A stretch of 64,000 nucleotides of DNA, taken from Atractiella rhizophila (lineage: Eukaryota). Below are positions 12,927-27,276 of the stretch, piece after piece (within the stretch, counting starts at the first letter, position 1; each line of letters starts with the position of its first letter). The DNA is taken from assembly GCA_021432655.1 (NCBI GenBank), contig MU271443.1:1-64000 (forward strand). Reading direction: 5' to 3'. The position numbers were made by a program, and so were the translations under genes. Under the pieces are notes generated by a model. The model saw nothing but the letters and a program-made list of their open reading frames with translations. It had not been told where the DNA came from and did not search any database.

Positions 12927-15900
12927 TCAGTCACTGTCTTGAGTACCCTTTCTATTCCACCATTGCTCCTCTTGGGGAGTCTCCGTGATGACATTCTCTA
13001 AACTGGGAGCTGGAGTTTGATGGACATTATGAAGGACCGTTCTTAGGAGGGTATTACCTTCATCAGGCTCTCTGAAAGACTCCGTGCGTTCGTTCGTCAA
13101 AGCGAGGATGGTTTTCTCCCCCTTCAATTTGGACCACTCCTTTGTTTTCATCTGGGATTGCGAATCCGAACGATGAGGCGTATCGTAGAGGAGGGATGGC
13201 ACTGCAGCTGGGGTCGATATGGGAGAGTGAACGAATGGCTTCTCGGTGTACGCTGAAGTGAATCCACGCGTAGTATCGTTCGCAGAATCTCTGACCGTCC
13301 GAAGATCGGAGTCACCAGTGACGATTCGTCCCACGGATGTCTGATTGAGGAGGTATCGGACTATTTCCATGTCAACTGGTCAAGACGAGGACGAGAATGA
13401 GGATAGATGACGAACAATATTCCAACTTAACCTTTCCAGTGACAAGGACAAAGATAGCATAAAGCATCAACGGTGTCCACAGCGCGAGCAGCAAGAACGC
13501 TGGGATAGCCCAAACTATCTTATAGGTGATTGTTTTGTCAATGGCTGTAATCGTAAGCTTGTCCGCATAGCTGGTGCCAACGACGTTGTTTGCTGCAATA
13601 TTGGAGAAAATGAGGTTCGAGATCCTCTCCTGTATCATGTTATCATCAGAGATAGTTTCTTGCAGAGAAGACATGAGACATGAGAACTAACAGGAGCGGT
13701 CTCGAGGTTGTCTAAGTAGTAATTCTGCCACTTCGCCATAAGTGCGTAACTGGAAGTGCCACCATATTGCTATCACATACGTTAAGCCATCCGTGGTGTT
13801 GACTATAGGCACTTACAAAAATGTCTTCTCCACCATTCCAAGCTACTGTGCCGGTAGAAGTATGAAGAGTGCTCCACGCTTGTCCAAACATAGCACTCGC
13901 TAATTCGTTATCATGAGTGATTGTCAACTTATGAAGAAAGAATTGAAGTCGTTCGCACCTTGAAGGTCACTGGTACCCCAGATATCTGAACTCCCAGCTG
14001 GGACATAGAGCCAATCAGCCCTGTAAGTAAACAGGTCCGGATCGTTTTCCCTGTGACCTCATGTCAGTCTGAAGAATCTTGTCCAGACATATTGTGTACC
14101 ATTGATCATTGATCCTCCCATAAACCGGGTCGATCTCACCAATCAGCCACCCGTTGAGATTCTCCATTCCCCAAAGAACGTTCCTCTTTATGTTCTCCGG
14201 GTCTCGTTTAATCTTCAAATTTGAAACGTTCTGATCGGTCCCATTATAACTGAACTCAAGCGTTTGGATCGCCATCCTGGTGGTAGAAGCGCAGACGTGG
14301 ATGGGCTGAGACCACGTCACATTTGCCTGTTGTCGGTTCTGATCTCCATGATCCATACGCGTGGGAGGACCGATGATGTAGGAACAAGATACTATGTAGG
14401 GGTTAAGCGACGTAAGCTACGCGGGAGGTCAAGATCAAAAACGAACCAGCGACATTAGTCAAATTGACGTAGTCTGCACCACCGTACCCCTGGCAGATCG
14501 TTGTCAGACTACTCGCGCTGATGTTGAGTCTTTCTTCAACACCATCAGCGAGTGAGAAGGCACTGCTGAATTCTAGATACTTGAGTTGACCAGGAAGGGT
14601 GAAATTCCATTTTGTCAATTCCATCGCGTATCCTTCGTGCGTCGCATTTCGAGTAAGATTTCGAGAGGCCATCATGACCGCATTGAGGGTCCAGGCAGCC
14701 TAAATTGGATAATTAGCCTCAGTTGTTTGAAGGGAAAGCCCAGTCCTGATTTATACCTTGTACGAATGCTGAGCCAGAGGTATGTGTTGACCATCTCGAT
14801 ATTCGTCAAACTCTGGGTAGTCATGCGCCCTGTGTCACACCGATCCTCATTATTACCAAACCTTCAATTACGAAAGTAGGCCCATACAAATTATACCATC
14901 CTCCATGGTCCACCAGGGTCTTGTTATCAGGCATAACTGGCTGATTGGTAGTCGTGTAGTCCAAGGTCAAGTTGGTATTCGTGCATTGAGTGACCTACGA
15001 CATTCTCAGAATCCTAAAGAGCGATAGCAGTTAACGGACCGGTTCAATCCACAACACATCCCGCGTCCAAATCGCTCCGTCATTCTTGATATCAGGGAAC
15101 GTGTGATTGAGGAATCCGATACCCGGGCGTTCACCCATATCGATGACGGCACCTGCGTCCAGGGTGGTAATTTGTTTGTCACTCTATATGCAGGAACAGG
15201 AAGGTCAACAAACCTTCGATCGCGAATATATCGTTTCGAAGTAGATAATTGTCAGCTTGAGCGAGATAACCCATTGCCAGAGGAGCGCCTTGATCCATGT
15301 TACTGTAATATCCGGAATAAAAACTACCGCAGCCACGATCGACAGTCAGTCAGTCAATCTTGAAGTCTGAAGGGATATTGGATTCAGCTCACTTTCGGAA
15401 CTGGAGAGTCATGGTCGAATGCTCTCCCGTAAACTTCTCAGTGATGTTCTGAGGCATGATTCCCGTGCTAGAGGACTGTCCAGGACAGGCTCCAGCTCCC
15501 CATCCGCCGTCAGACGAGCACACCCTGCCAGATTGGTAGCCATCTCGAGAACTCGTCGCGTTTCCGGTCGGGCTGTTGTCTCGAACATAACGCGTGTTCA
15601 CCGTCTTCGCGCTTCTGTCGATTATGCCGACATCGAGACCAATTGGTGTGGTGATACCTGTTCCCATATCGAAAATTGTCAATTGTTGGATGCTTTTTCG
15701 TGATTATTTGCCTGTATTCAATCTACTCAATCACAAGGCATGGACAGACTACCATGTCAACCTTTTTTATTGCAAGTTTTGCAACGATATATCTTTCGAC
15801 GGGTTCTATGCACATGCGCAACCAGCGAGAAAAGATGCTTGACAGCGACAAGGCAAGCGTTTCAACGCGACGCCAACACGCAATGCGGACCAAGGAAACA

Positions 15901-16271
15901 AAGTCGATCAGAATCAAAGACGCACCAGCGACAGTGATCAAGACCCAACTGGCAGCAGCCAACCAACTGAACGCGCCGACCCTTCGATCGCTGCTCTTCG
16001 AGTGCGCGCTGTCCGTCGAGAGGAGGTCAGGCCAGGCCGAAGAGTGCAGTGTGCGGGCGAGGGTGGACCAGGAGACTGCTGTCGCATGCGAACGTAAGAC
16101 GGCGACGAGGGAGAGGACGATCGCTTTTCATGGTTTCAAACACCAATCAGACATTTTGTTAGTGGATTGAAAAAAAATTTGAGGGGAAGGGGACTCACCT
16201 AGTCCTATCGTGCCTTGGACGATGAAGAGGGCGGCGTTGATCAGGCCAGAGACCTCTCCAACAGACAACAT
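12927..16271 (-). CDS. Uncharacterised multi-exon fungal membrane glycoprotein
   Basis: N-terminal hydrophobic helices (MLSVGEVSGLINAALFIVQGTIGL; SWSTLARTLHSSAWPDLLSTDS), Cys- and N-glycosylation-rich lumenal part, C-terminal TM segment (YKIVWAIPAFLLLALW); canonical splice sites. Confidence 0.65.
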
Positions 16272-17116
16272 TTTGAGTTTTTACAAAATTTTCTTCAGAT
16301 TTCGCGTAAATTTTCGCGTCGCCAGGTGAGCTAGAGGATGTCGACAGAGGAGACGTATTCGAGGGTAAGGTAAAGACTGAGGTAAAGACAGTAAAAATTG
16401 AAGGAGTGAAGGAATGTCAATCCTGCCTCAGAAATTCAAACTGAAAGCGTTGAGAGGCTGACCCCTTTTAGGCTGGGAGCAGGAAGGATGACTCTGAGTG
16501 GGTGAAATCCACATCAAGGCACAGAACAGCTGGACCCACAAAGTCTCATTTCACTGAATGGAATAACGGCCGGCACCAAATAACGGTACATCCGCTAAAT
16601 TGGGCCGTTGCAAATGGAACGTTTGCTGCGTTTTTCAGGCTGCAATCTTCCAAATTTGGCGATTGGCATTCAACCTTGGATCACGTGACTTGTCACCCAA
16701 ATTTTCAGGGCTTAGGTTTGGGATTTGGATTGGGAAATGGGATTGAAGTGAGGGATATGCACTGGTGCTCCGTCTGATTGGTCCCTGTGAGCTTCTCCTC
16801 AGTTCTCTCGCTTGACCTCGGCAAGCAAGCTGACAGATTTCCAAGCATCTGTGGTCTCTGTCTCTCCATTCATCGATTTGTCATTGGCGTCACCGTCGCT
16901 GTCCACTCTTTCAAACGATTCACACTTCCTTCGCTCGAACCTTGAATTCAACACTGAATTTAAGAGACAACTTCAAGTGCACGGCATCCGTCAGCCTCGA
17001 ACTGTACTCAGAAACACTAATTGCTCTCTTTCACCTACTTATAAAGCAACCACTGCTGGGCGACTGGGGGGACCGTTTGGATTGGATTTTGGATAACTGC
17101 ATGGAACTTGGCAAGA

Positions 17117-19254
17117 ATGGCATCCGCCAACCTGAAACCGATCGGACAGCTTCGTGTCCTGCTCTCCTCAGCCTCCAATATCAATTCAGCAAATGGAAAG
17201 CCGAAGAGCGTGCGAGCGGACAAGGACACCTTTTTTGCTATCGTCTCATACGATCAGACGGAAACGATCTCTCCTCGTTCTTCCTCTAACCACCATCCTC
17301 AATCTTACTCCAGGCCCAACAACGGACAGGGAACTAGTATACCTAAGCTGACAAGGACGAAGAGTGGGTTAGGGGTGACAGTCCAAAGTCGGAGTGTAGA
17401 AAATGGGAGGGACGACGGCTCAAAGGAAGAGAAAAGAGATAAAGAGGAATGGAGTTATGAGACGATATTGTTCGTTTTCCTTTCTCTGGGACCAAGACAC
17501 GATACCAATGAAATGTGAACAGCGATGTTGTCGACTCAAATCGTGCTCTCAGGATCGCACTATACGAGATCGAACCTCCAGAGCGCTTGTTAGGTGTGAG
17601 AGAGCTGCCGATCACGGACTGCAAAGCTGGAGCATGGGAAAAGACTGCCACTGTCTCGTGCAGCGCCTTCCTCCTTCGTGCTCTTGCGGAGTCACTCATT
17701 AAGTTCTAATTGCAGAATCTCCTCTGGTAACTACATATCCATCACTATCCACTTCACACCCGTGACTGTATGTCTCCTTCCCTTTCTCCCCTTGCTAACC
17801 ACTAACTAACATGCCTTCAAGTCAACCGCCCGCCTGTCACCCGACTCGTTCCTCACTCTCCTCCTCCTCGGTCGTGGCTCTTTTGGACGAGTTCACGCCG
17901 TGCAGAAGAAGGATACGGGACGAGTATACGCGATGAAAGTCTTGTCGAAGGCGCAAGTGCTGGAGCATCGGAACGTCGAACAGGTGCTTGCGGAGAGGAG
18001 GGTGTTGCAGATCGGGAGAGAGTGTAGGTTCCTGGTCGGCCTCAAATTCTCGTTTCAGAGTAAGACAGAACTGTTCTTCGGTACGCTTTCCCTTCCTCCT
18101 TATCCTTCTTGCGTTCTTCCGAGGCTTTAACCATTCGTTGTTTTGGTCTTAGTTATGGATTATAAGAGCGGAGGAGAGCTCTTTGCTCATCTGCAACGTG
18201 TCGGCGGAAAGTGCGTCTGCTCCTTTCCTTCCTCGTTACCTCACCGACTGATGATCTCTTGAAGGTTCGAGGAGTCCCGGGTGCGTTTCTACGTCGGCCA
18301 AATCGTGCTGGCCCTCCAATTTCTCCACAACCATCGCATCATCTATCGTGACCTGAAGCCTGAGAACTGTCTCCTCGACGCAGAGGGTCACATCGCATTA
18401 TGCGATTTCGGATTATCAAAGCTCGATTTCGGAGCTTATGATCTCACGCGGACGTTCTGTGGAACGACAGAGTACTTAGCGCCGGAGATCATCATGGAAG
18501 AGGGATATGGATTCCCGGTCGATTTTTGGAGCCTTGGCGTGTTACTTTTTGAGATGTGTTTTGGATGGAGCCCTTTTTATGCCGAAGAGAGGAGGGAGAA
18601 GTATCTCAACATCCTTCAAAAAGAACTCAAGATCCCAAAGCGACCAGTTCTCACTTTAGAGTGTAACGACCTGCTGATGAAGGTGTGAACTCTTGCTGCC
18701 TTGATGAGAGGATGGAATTTTGACATTATGACCTGGACGGACAGTTGCTCACCAGGAATCCCTTGAGACGCATAGGTGCCATAGAGGGTACAAAAGAAAT
18801 CAAACGCCATCCGTTCTTCCATCTCCTCGACTGGACAGCGTTAGAACGAGGCGAGATCCCGCCACCTTTCAAACCTTCAGCGAGCGACGCTCTCTCATCC
18901 TCCTCCCCCTCAACTCATACCAAACGTTCCCAACGCCAATCCTCCGAATACCGTTGGAAATCCCGTCGCTCTTCCGTCATCGGTAAAGGGCCAAGGGAAG
19001 CTGGATTAGGAGGTGGAGAAGATGAAGGGTTCTCGAGGAGCATTTTGCAACAATTTCGGGGCTTTACGTTTGCTAGAGAGACGAGGAGGGTGTCTGAAGA
19101 ACAGTATCTTAGGAAGACGAAAAGTCGGAAAGTCGTCGCAAATGGCATTAGGCAGACGAAAGCGAGTTCGTTTTCTTCCACGCCAGCTATTTCTAGAGAA
19201 CACTCCAAGGAGGACTTTGAGGGTTTCGACGGCTGGCACGCTAGCGAGCCGTGA
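17117..19254 (+). CDS. AGC Ser/Thr kinase, Sch9/Ypk-like, with degenerate C2-like N-terminus
   Basis: LGRGSFGRV, YAMKVLSK, YRDLKPEN, CDFGLSK, TFCGTTEYLAPE, GWSPFY and hydrophobic motif FRGFTF. Confidence 0.88.
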
Positions 19255-19681
19255 TGGGTGAGACTTCTTGTCAGAATGTGTAGGATGTTTGAGTCTCGGT
19301 TTATTCCTTTCTTTGGGTTCGTTTTGGGTCTCGGTTGGCTTTCCATCTTTTCTGCTTTCCTCATTCTGAATGATCCATCGCTCGGTCTTGTATTCATACC
19401 CAATATTTGGTTCTCACTTCCTTGGTTCGTCGTGGTACTCTCATCTCATCCTGCATAGTCCAGATATCCTATTGTCTCAGATTTATTCCCCTTTGTAACT
19501 CATATTCTCGAGGTTCTTCATTCCGTGTCTGATTTCAGGGTTGCACCTTGTGATATTCATTAGTGGACGCCAATGACAAAATATCACAAATTTGAGGTAT
19601 TTTAAAAGCAAGCCATGATCACTGAAAAACTGATTACGAAATGCAATATCATAAGTTAGAGGTACGATGAGAGGAAGGGAA

Positions 19682-22600
19682 TCAAAGTTTGAGGAAGTTA
19701 TTGAAACCAGCACATATGTTTTGCAGTGCAAAGTTGTCCGTATCTGCCACATTTCCGGAGGTAGCTTTCCGCATGAGCCAAGCAGCGTCTGCTTGAAGCG
19801 CGAGAGGAAGCGTTTCGTTTGATCGGATCGTTGTTTCTCTGTTCGCTGTGTTCTGGTCGAAGGTTTTCGACACCTCGATGGCTCGACTGACAATGTCACT
19901 GTCATGATAGTCAGCAGCAGGCATTGAAGGAGTATGAGACATATACATCGGAAGCCCAGCCATTTTGGCCACATGGGGCCCGTATGAGTTTGAGCTCGCA
20001 CCGTCCTCGAGTTGATATAGGAAAACGACCTCCTTGGTTTCGTCATCTACCATCGTTTTCATATTGCAGGGGCGAATCCTTGTTATCAAGTCAGGGAACA
20101 AGCAGTTTACACCGATGATGGGACATACTGAGGGTGGTAAGCAAGTTCCTGCACTAAAGAAGTGTAATGCGTAGCAAAGAATCCGATGCATCCTACATGG
20201 GTTGCTAAACGATGCTGTCACACTAGAGTCAGCGCATGACAGTTGATATAGGGAAATGAACTCACCAGAACAGCATGAGCGATTGCCACACCGTCGTGAG
20301 TTGACGTTCCTCGACCCAACTCGTCTAGAATCACCAAAGATTTTGGCGTCGCTTCTGTCAAAATCCTCTTTGCATCGTCCATTTCGACCTAATATGCTGC
20401 CTGAGTCGTGCCTCATTCCTAGGAGAGTAGAGTGACGCACCTTGAATGTCGAAGAGTTTTGAAAGATGAGATCATTAGCTCCCATCCTCGTCTCAATCTT
20501 GTCTACAGGCGAGATGGTGGCTTTGGCAGCTGGCACATAGCATCCTAGTTGGGCAAGGATAACGCCAACGCAAGTCATTCGAAGGAGCGTAGACTTTCCG
20601 GCCCTGTTCTCGAATGAACACAGATCCAACCTTCAATGAATACGCACATGTTGGGCCCTGTCAACAGAATCATGTTCTTGCTTACTCCGAGCTGAACATT
20701 GTTCGGGATGAAAGACTTGTTCACGGTCTGGAGGCAAGGGTGTCTCAATTCTTCGAAATCAATGAAGGCTCGTTCTGAGTCCACGATATCAGGCCGAACT
20801 TTGGGCTCCTCCATGGCTGCGGACGTCTTTGCCAGACTGAGAACACAGTCCAATTCAGCGATGAGTTTGACACCATTGCCACATCGGATAATCCTTATCA
20901 AACTCCTCGAAGATGGTGGACTGGAATGCCTTGACAGCGGCTGTCTTACGCTCTCGGGATTCCTTCAACGTTTTGACAAGCGCGGACACTTCGGGTGGCC
21001 AATACCGCTTCACTTGCTTCGTTGCGGACATCTGGTGCCATTTATCGGGAACCTTCGTTTTGGCAGGAACCTGGACTTGATAGATCTCGTTCCTGATGGC
21101 AGGAGTCAACTTTCACAGCGACTCTAAAGGAGCAGATCGTACACTCCGATGTCCTTATAGATAATATCCTTTTTCCTGCGTCGCTGGTCAGAATATCTCT
21201 ACGGAAGATCTGGAAACTAACTCAAGCTTCAGTTGCTTTCGGTAACCTTGAAGGAGGTCGTCAAATTTATCCTCGATATCCCGGACTTCGTTGACCGCAG
21301 CCTAATCGAGGTCAGCATGGGTCCTTGCACCATTATAAATGATAACCAACATCAAAGTCTTCATCGGCGCCTTCGACTGGCTCCAAGTCTAAAGGATCAT
21401 GTCGGTCATCATTTGTGAGAGAGGTTTTGGCACGAACCTTCAACGAATTTGTCCTGAAGAGATGTGATAAACTTGCTGAGATCAGGCAAGCTCCTGAGTT
21501 GTCGCTTTATCCGCTCGCTTTTGAAGTCGCCTGTGCAGTCGCTTAGACCTTGCAACCCTTTGTTGATCTTCGTAAAGCCTTCGAGGACCTTTTTGAAATC
21601 TCTTGTACTGCAGGATTTCGAGTGAACGCGAGCAAGGAGGCGTTCAAGATCCGGCATTCCCTTGGACATGGCTGCGAAGTGATTAGAGAAATCTTCAGAT
21701 TCCATAAGATCCGTAACCGTGTCAAGTCGGTCATTGATGGCGGCGACATCACGAAGAGGAGCGCATAGCCATTTTCTGAACAATCGCTTGCCTAGTCATA
21801 CTTTTCAATCTATACACCGAAACATGATACAGGATTACTTACCAAATGGAGTAGCACATTTGGTGAAAATGCGTAAAAGGCTGCCGTCTTCTCCACCAAG
21901 CGAGTTAGTGAGCACTTCAATATGCGCAAGAGTTTGACCGTCGAGCAATAAGCTGTCCCCATGTTCCTGAAGTGGATCGAATGGTGTGAAGTTCTTCGTC
22001 GTGATGAGCTCTCCGAGGTTGAGTTGGTCCAAATACCTGCCCCTCAGGTTAGACAGAGCGACCTCATCCAACAGCCATCGTACCACATCATTCCACCCAT
22101 CGCGGACATAGCGTGTTCCTGATGCAGAACATTTCGAACATTTTCAGGAAGATCGTCTCCACCATCTTCATCCCCATCATCCATCATTTCGTCCTCTTCG
22201 ACTCTCCCCTTTCTTCTACCCTTGTGAAGTTTCTGGCGAAGTTTTCGTCTTGCATCCTGTGCAGTTAAGAATTCCGTCGCGGGCTTAAGACATGTCCATT
22301 GGCATTCATCTGGAAGAACACTCTTCAGCATTCGGATCGTGGCTATGCTCAAGTTCCCCTGCATGCAATCAGTCAATCAGTCCCAGTGGACCAGATGTTT
22401 ATTGTTCATGCTTTGACGACGACTGACCTTTTCATGCACCAGCTCCTTGAGCTTCAGTCTCCGCAACACAGTCTCCAGCTTTGTTCTCGAGATGTCGTCT
22501 TTGAACTCGGAGATGTCGAAGGCGGCGGTAGGGGCGTCGAGAAGACAAATGCCAAAAGACAGGAGGTTCGTCCGGGTTTGGAAGGAACTCCTGCTTCCCG

Positions 22601-24378
22601 CATTAGAAAGGCATCATGTAGATGTCTCACTAACTTTGACAGAAAGACAATTTCCAGCGACTCCCTCGTCCTCACCTTCCACTGCCGTTCCGCTAGTGAG
22701 GACAATCTTGAGCTCCCTCTTGACGATGTTGTCCGCCTTCCCGCCTCCTTTTCCTTTCTCCTTTTCCTTCCGCATTCCCATTCCGATCGCAGTTTCGCAT
22801 TGATCCACCCGTCCGACTTTGTACCTGTAGCACTTCCTCAGTTCATATACCTGGCATTGAAGAGAGGAATCTACCCTCTGGCGATGAATTTGTTTGCCCA
22901 AAAGGGGAACTGTCCTTCGGGTACTCCAACCATGCGCATCTTGACTCGATCCGTTAGCTTCAAGTCAAATTCGCGATGTCCAATGGTGGCATCGTCCTCA
23001 TAGAGTTCATAGAATTTGCCCTTCTGGAAAAACAAGATTGTGTCAAAGCACTCTCTTTTGATCTCCCAAAACTGCTTCTCAAAAGGGGTAAATTTCTTCC
23101 ACGCATTCGGAGGGATGAATAGCGTTCGTGGGTCATATTCAGGATGACCAACGGGATGTCCATCCGCCTACTAAAGGTTAGAGATGTCAAGGAAAGAGCT
23201 GGAATGGCGCACGTCGCGGACATTTCTCAGGAATTCAAATGCCTCCTCATTCCTTTCTTCTTTCGCCCCATTACGCTTCCCTGCCTCCATCGCCATCGCT
23301 TTCTACTCCCAGAAACCCGTTCAGCCTTCTCCATCTCAGCTCAGATGGAAAGCAGACCTTCCGCGCTTTCAACACATCTTTAGAGGGAACAGTTTTCTCG
23401 ACCTCAACCTCCGCTGCCTCCTCCTCCTCCTCCGCAGGGGCCTCAAACCGCGCCAAAGCCTGACTTCCTTCTCCCCCACCTCCATTGGTCGCCTCCATTT
23501 CTTCGTCATAATCCACCTCGCTGGCTAAGGAGCTTCGTGATGCCTTCTTTTTTGGAAGCTTAGATGGCTTTGACTTGGACTTAGACTTCCTTGGAGCTTC
23601 TTCTTCTTCGTCGTCTGGAACGATGAAGGCGTCGGGGTCAATGTCGTCAAGCTCAGGGTCGTCATCGAAATAATCGTCGTCGTCTACTCCAGGATGAATA
23701 CATTATCAGCGAAGGAGGAAGAGACGAACCTGTCGATTTGGCCGACGATTTGCCTCGGGATTTGACAGGTGCTTCGTCAGCGTCCATGTCGTCATCTTCG
23801 TCTACATATCGCCTGAGTTGTGATAGAGACGAGAGAAGAGAGGACGAACCAAGAGATCTGGCTTTCGCCTTTACCTTTGCAGCTCTCGCTTTTGGGACTG
23901 GTACGGGATCTGATAAGTCCATCTCATCTATGTCTGAGGAAAGTTTGGTCCTCTTCTTCTCCCTCACGAGGTCTGCTTCCTCTTCGTCCGACTCGACGAC
24001 GGCGCGTCTTTTGGTCTTTCAAACACAAGCGCTCAATAACCTCCACCTAAGCAGAATGAGAGCACACACTTGTGGTTTGAACGCTACTTCTTCCTCCTCA
24101 TCACTGATGACTTCGATAGTATTCAACTTTCCCTTCTTCTTCCCCTTGGTATTTTCGTCCGGAGACGCGCCTTGGCTAGAAGTGACCGGAGTAGGCATGG
24201 GTTTACTTCTCGTCCCAGCATCAGAAGGTTTCCTCTTCGCGACTGAGGGCGTGACGGGTTCGTCCAAGGATGTGGACGCGTTCTTCGACTTCGAACTGCT
24301 AGAAGTCCCTGTTTTGGCGAAGAATCCGAGGAGGGTTTTCTGCCCAGCAACAGGAGTCGACGCTGCTTTTGGCGGCAT
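19682..24378 (-). CDS. MSH6: DNA mismatch repair protein MSH6
   Basis: N-terminal PIP-like [43 protein letters not shown] Walker [24 protein letters not shown]. Confidence 0.95.
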
Positions 24379-24463
24379 AATACTATTTCTTTAACTTGTC
24401 TGGAGATAACTGAAGCAGAAGCAGCAGGAAGGAGAAGTGGGTTCGTTGTGATTCTTCCAAAGA

Positions 24464-24469
24464 ACGCGT
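24464..24469. promoter_or_regulatory. MluI cell-cycle box (ACGCGT) upstream of MSH6
   Basis: Exact ACGCGT ~90 bp upstream of the MSH6 ATG; a single site could be chance. Confidence 0.3.
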
Positions 24470-24709
24470 CCCAACTTTCAGCCCCTTGCCCCGCTGGTGG
24501 TTCGGCCCCTGTGGTTAACCCTCTGAATTGAATGCAATTATCAGCATCAGCCTTTTACAATGTGGCGCAGTGTCGTTGTTCACATTCAGGATGTGATATT
24601 ACAGCACCTAATATGGAGAGTCACAACAAAAACATCAGCACCTAAAGTACACCTAACAAAATCTCAAGATAATTCCAACTTGTAATTACACAGCGCCGAT
24701 GTGGCGCTG

Positions 24710-27276
24710 TCAGGGACGTTTAGCAATAATATTAGTGAGGGTGGCTGAGAAGTCCCGAATCGAAGGAGAAGGGCTTCGAAGGTTGCCTCTAGAAGGTGGC
24801 GAGCCCATTGAAAATGGACTGTGCGAAGTCCGTGCAGTGACGATGGAACTTGACGCGGTCGAACGTCCAGTTGAATCTAAATCAGAGAGCTGCTCCGATT
24901 CTAAGTAAGACGTTCCCGAGAGAGGGGTCTCATTCTTGATCGCCTGGATCTATCACAGATGTCAGCAAGGTTTTTTTATTTCGAAAGAGGAGGAGACCTT
25001 ATTTTGTAAACCAGCCTCCACCTCTTCAAACGCTGTTACTTGATCGGCGGTTTCTTTGACGAAAAAAGACAAATGCTTGAGAACAGTAATCATCCTGGGG
25101 AGGTATTCTCAGTGGCATGGTTAACTAGAAGGACTATAGGTACCTCTTCACAGTAGGTTTTCTGTCAGGGTATCGTCTGGACCAATTGACGAGATAGCGG
25201 GCATCGAAGGCAGTGGTAAAAAGGAGGTATAATTTGGACATGAAGCCTTCATCGAGAATTGGGCGTGGAAACTTCTCGTTCCTCTGCCAAAGAATCTCGA
25301 ACAAATCGAACACAAGATGGATATGCTGATCACAGGTGAACTGCATGGCTCTCGCCATCTCCTCGAAAGCCTGATGCTCTGGGTATATCTCGCGACAAGT
25401 GTTAATTAGATTGCTGAGCAGAAATAAGCTCCTAGTTTCACGGCTCTGAAATAGAACAGAATGGGCGAAGGGCTCGTCACCAAGAACCGATCTGAAAATA
25501 GGCTGCTCGCGATTTGTGACTTCGTCTGGCGATTGAATGATAGCTTCAAAAGAACCTTCTCGAAACTGTCGGAAGTTGTGGCAGAGTTGCATGAGCTCGA
25601 GGCAGAGATGTTGAGCTTCGTCAGCTGTGACAAGGTGTCGCTCAACGGTGTTTCCTGTGCACAAGCGTTGAGTATCAATTATAATACCAAGGAGGTATTC
25701 AGATTACGGATTGACATAAAGCGTCGACGCCAGGCCCATTGGCTGATTCCACTACCTTCGCTCAAGCGCTTCCAACTTGCCATAATCTTTTCTTGGTGTA
25801 GATAGATGTAGAACGGGTCGAGGTAGAGCTCAGGGTCCATATTCGACGAGCGGAGGATATTGCGAATTTCGGCATCAGTCCTTTTTAAGTGATCAGCATA
25901 TGCTAGACAATGCTTCTTTTAACCCACAAGTATGGTGTTTCCGAGCAGGACATATGAATGGTAATGTCAAGTGCCTAACTCTTGATTAATCGAGAGAGTC
26001 AACAGAAAAAGGACCCACATAGAGAGCATCAAAAAAGCCGTCGATGACTTCATCTTTGTCCTGCTCTTTGACTTCCGGCCATATCTTTCTGAAAATGTCC
26101 AACCCAATACGAAGTAGTGGCCTTGCAGCCTTTGGCTGCAGCCGTTGTGTGGAGCTGAGTATCGAAAGAATTATTGTGAGAGAAGTTTGATCGGGATTCT
26201 GGATCAATGGAGACTGCGGTGAAGCAGCAAGAGCTAGACAATTCTGCATGAGCGGCATCCAGACGTCGTGTCTTGCATAGCCTTGTTGGCGTAAATCGAG
26301 AAGTTCATCTTTCAGAGTTTGGGCTGGGATGGATTTCAAGCTTCGACTGCCAAGAATCGCCTGCTCCTCATTTAGCAAGATAAAGTAGCGCAAGACGAAA
26401 CCATACTGAATGATGAGTCCAGCGGACTCCAAGGATTAGAGCATATGACATCCACACCTACTCCTCTAAATGAGAGAGAAAGATAGACAAAATCAGAGAC
26501 GCACGTCAGCGTATTTTGGTAGCTCATGATCTCCTGCTTTAAGCTCCCTGTAAGATGTATATGTGGATGGCAAGCGGTGAGTAGTCATTCCGCGAATGAT
26601 CACCGCAGAGTAGTCCATGCCCACTGTTGCAAAATGAATCTATGGATCTTCAGGAGGAGAGGGAATCTAACACGATAATAAATGATCGCCTAAGCTGAAA
26701 GCAAGTTGTTGCCGCGCCAGACGTGAGTTGACAGACGAATCGTTGAATCGTATTACATCTAGGATGTACTGAACCACTCGTTGGGACCATGTCTTCTCTT
26801 GCGATGTTACCTCGTAGGCAGATGGATATATGGTGAGATCCCTGGATATTGGTGAAACTAGAACGATAGAGAGCCAAAGACATACATCTCATTGGCAACA
26901 GAAGTGCTCTTCGATTGTCTTTTTGCGACATTGCGTGAAGCTTTCCTTTTGTCGCTTTTCCGAATCTTAGAAATATCAGCAAAAAGATCCTTAGACGAGC
27001 TGTAATTAGTTTGAGAGAGTCGTTTAATGTCCCATCTGCATACAGCGAGTCAGCCATGCTTCAGCGCGCTCTATCAAGTACGGACTTTCTTCGACCTGGA
27101 TCAACTTGCCGATCCTCACGCCAGTTTCCGGAAAAATCGCTAACAAAAGAGCAAAGGACGTTTAAGGCAGAGCACTGTTGGCAGGGTAAACCGTCATTCG
27201 AACGAAGGCATTCGGTGGAGCTCGCTTCGCAAGTTGAACAAGACATCTTTGCTATCAGTCCGAGCGTTCCAGCCAT
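24710..27276 (-). CDS. Zn(II)2Cys6 transcription factor, paralog 3
   Basis: CSTCEASSTECLRSNDGLPCQQCSALNVLC cluster; SSSKDLFADISKIR; DLRQQGYARH; NREQP; C-terminal LRSPSPSIRDF. Confidence 0.8.

Noticed and set aside
24550..24558. U5 snRNA loop I sequence GCCTTTTAC
   Set aside because: No closing stem or Sm site; chance match.
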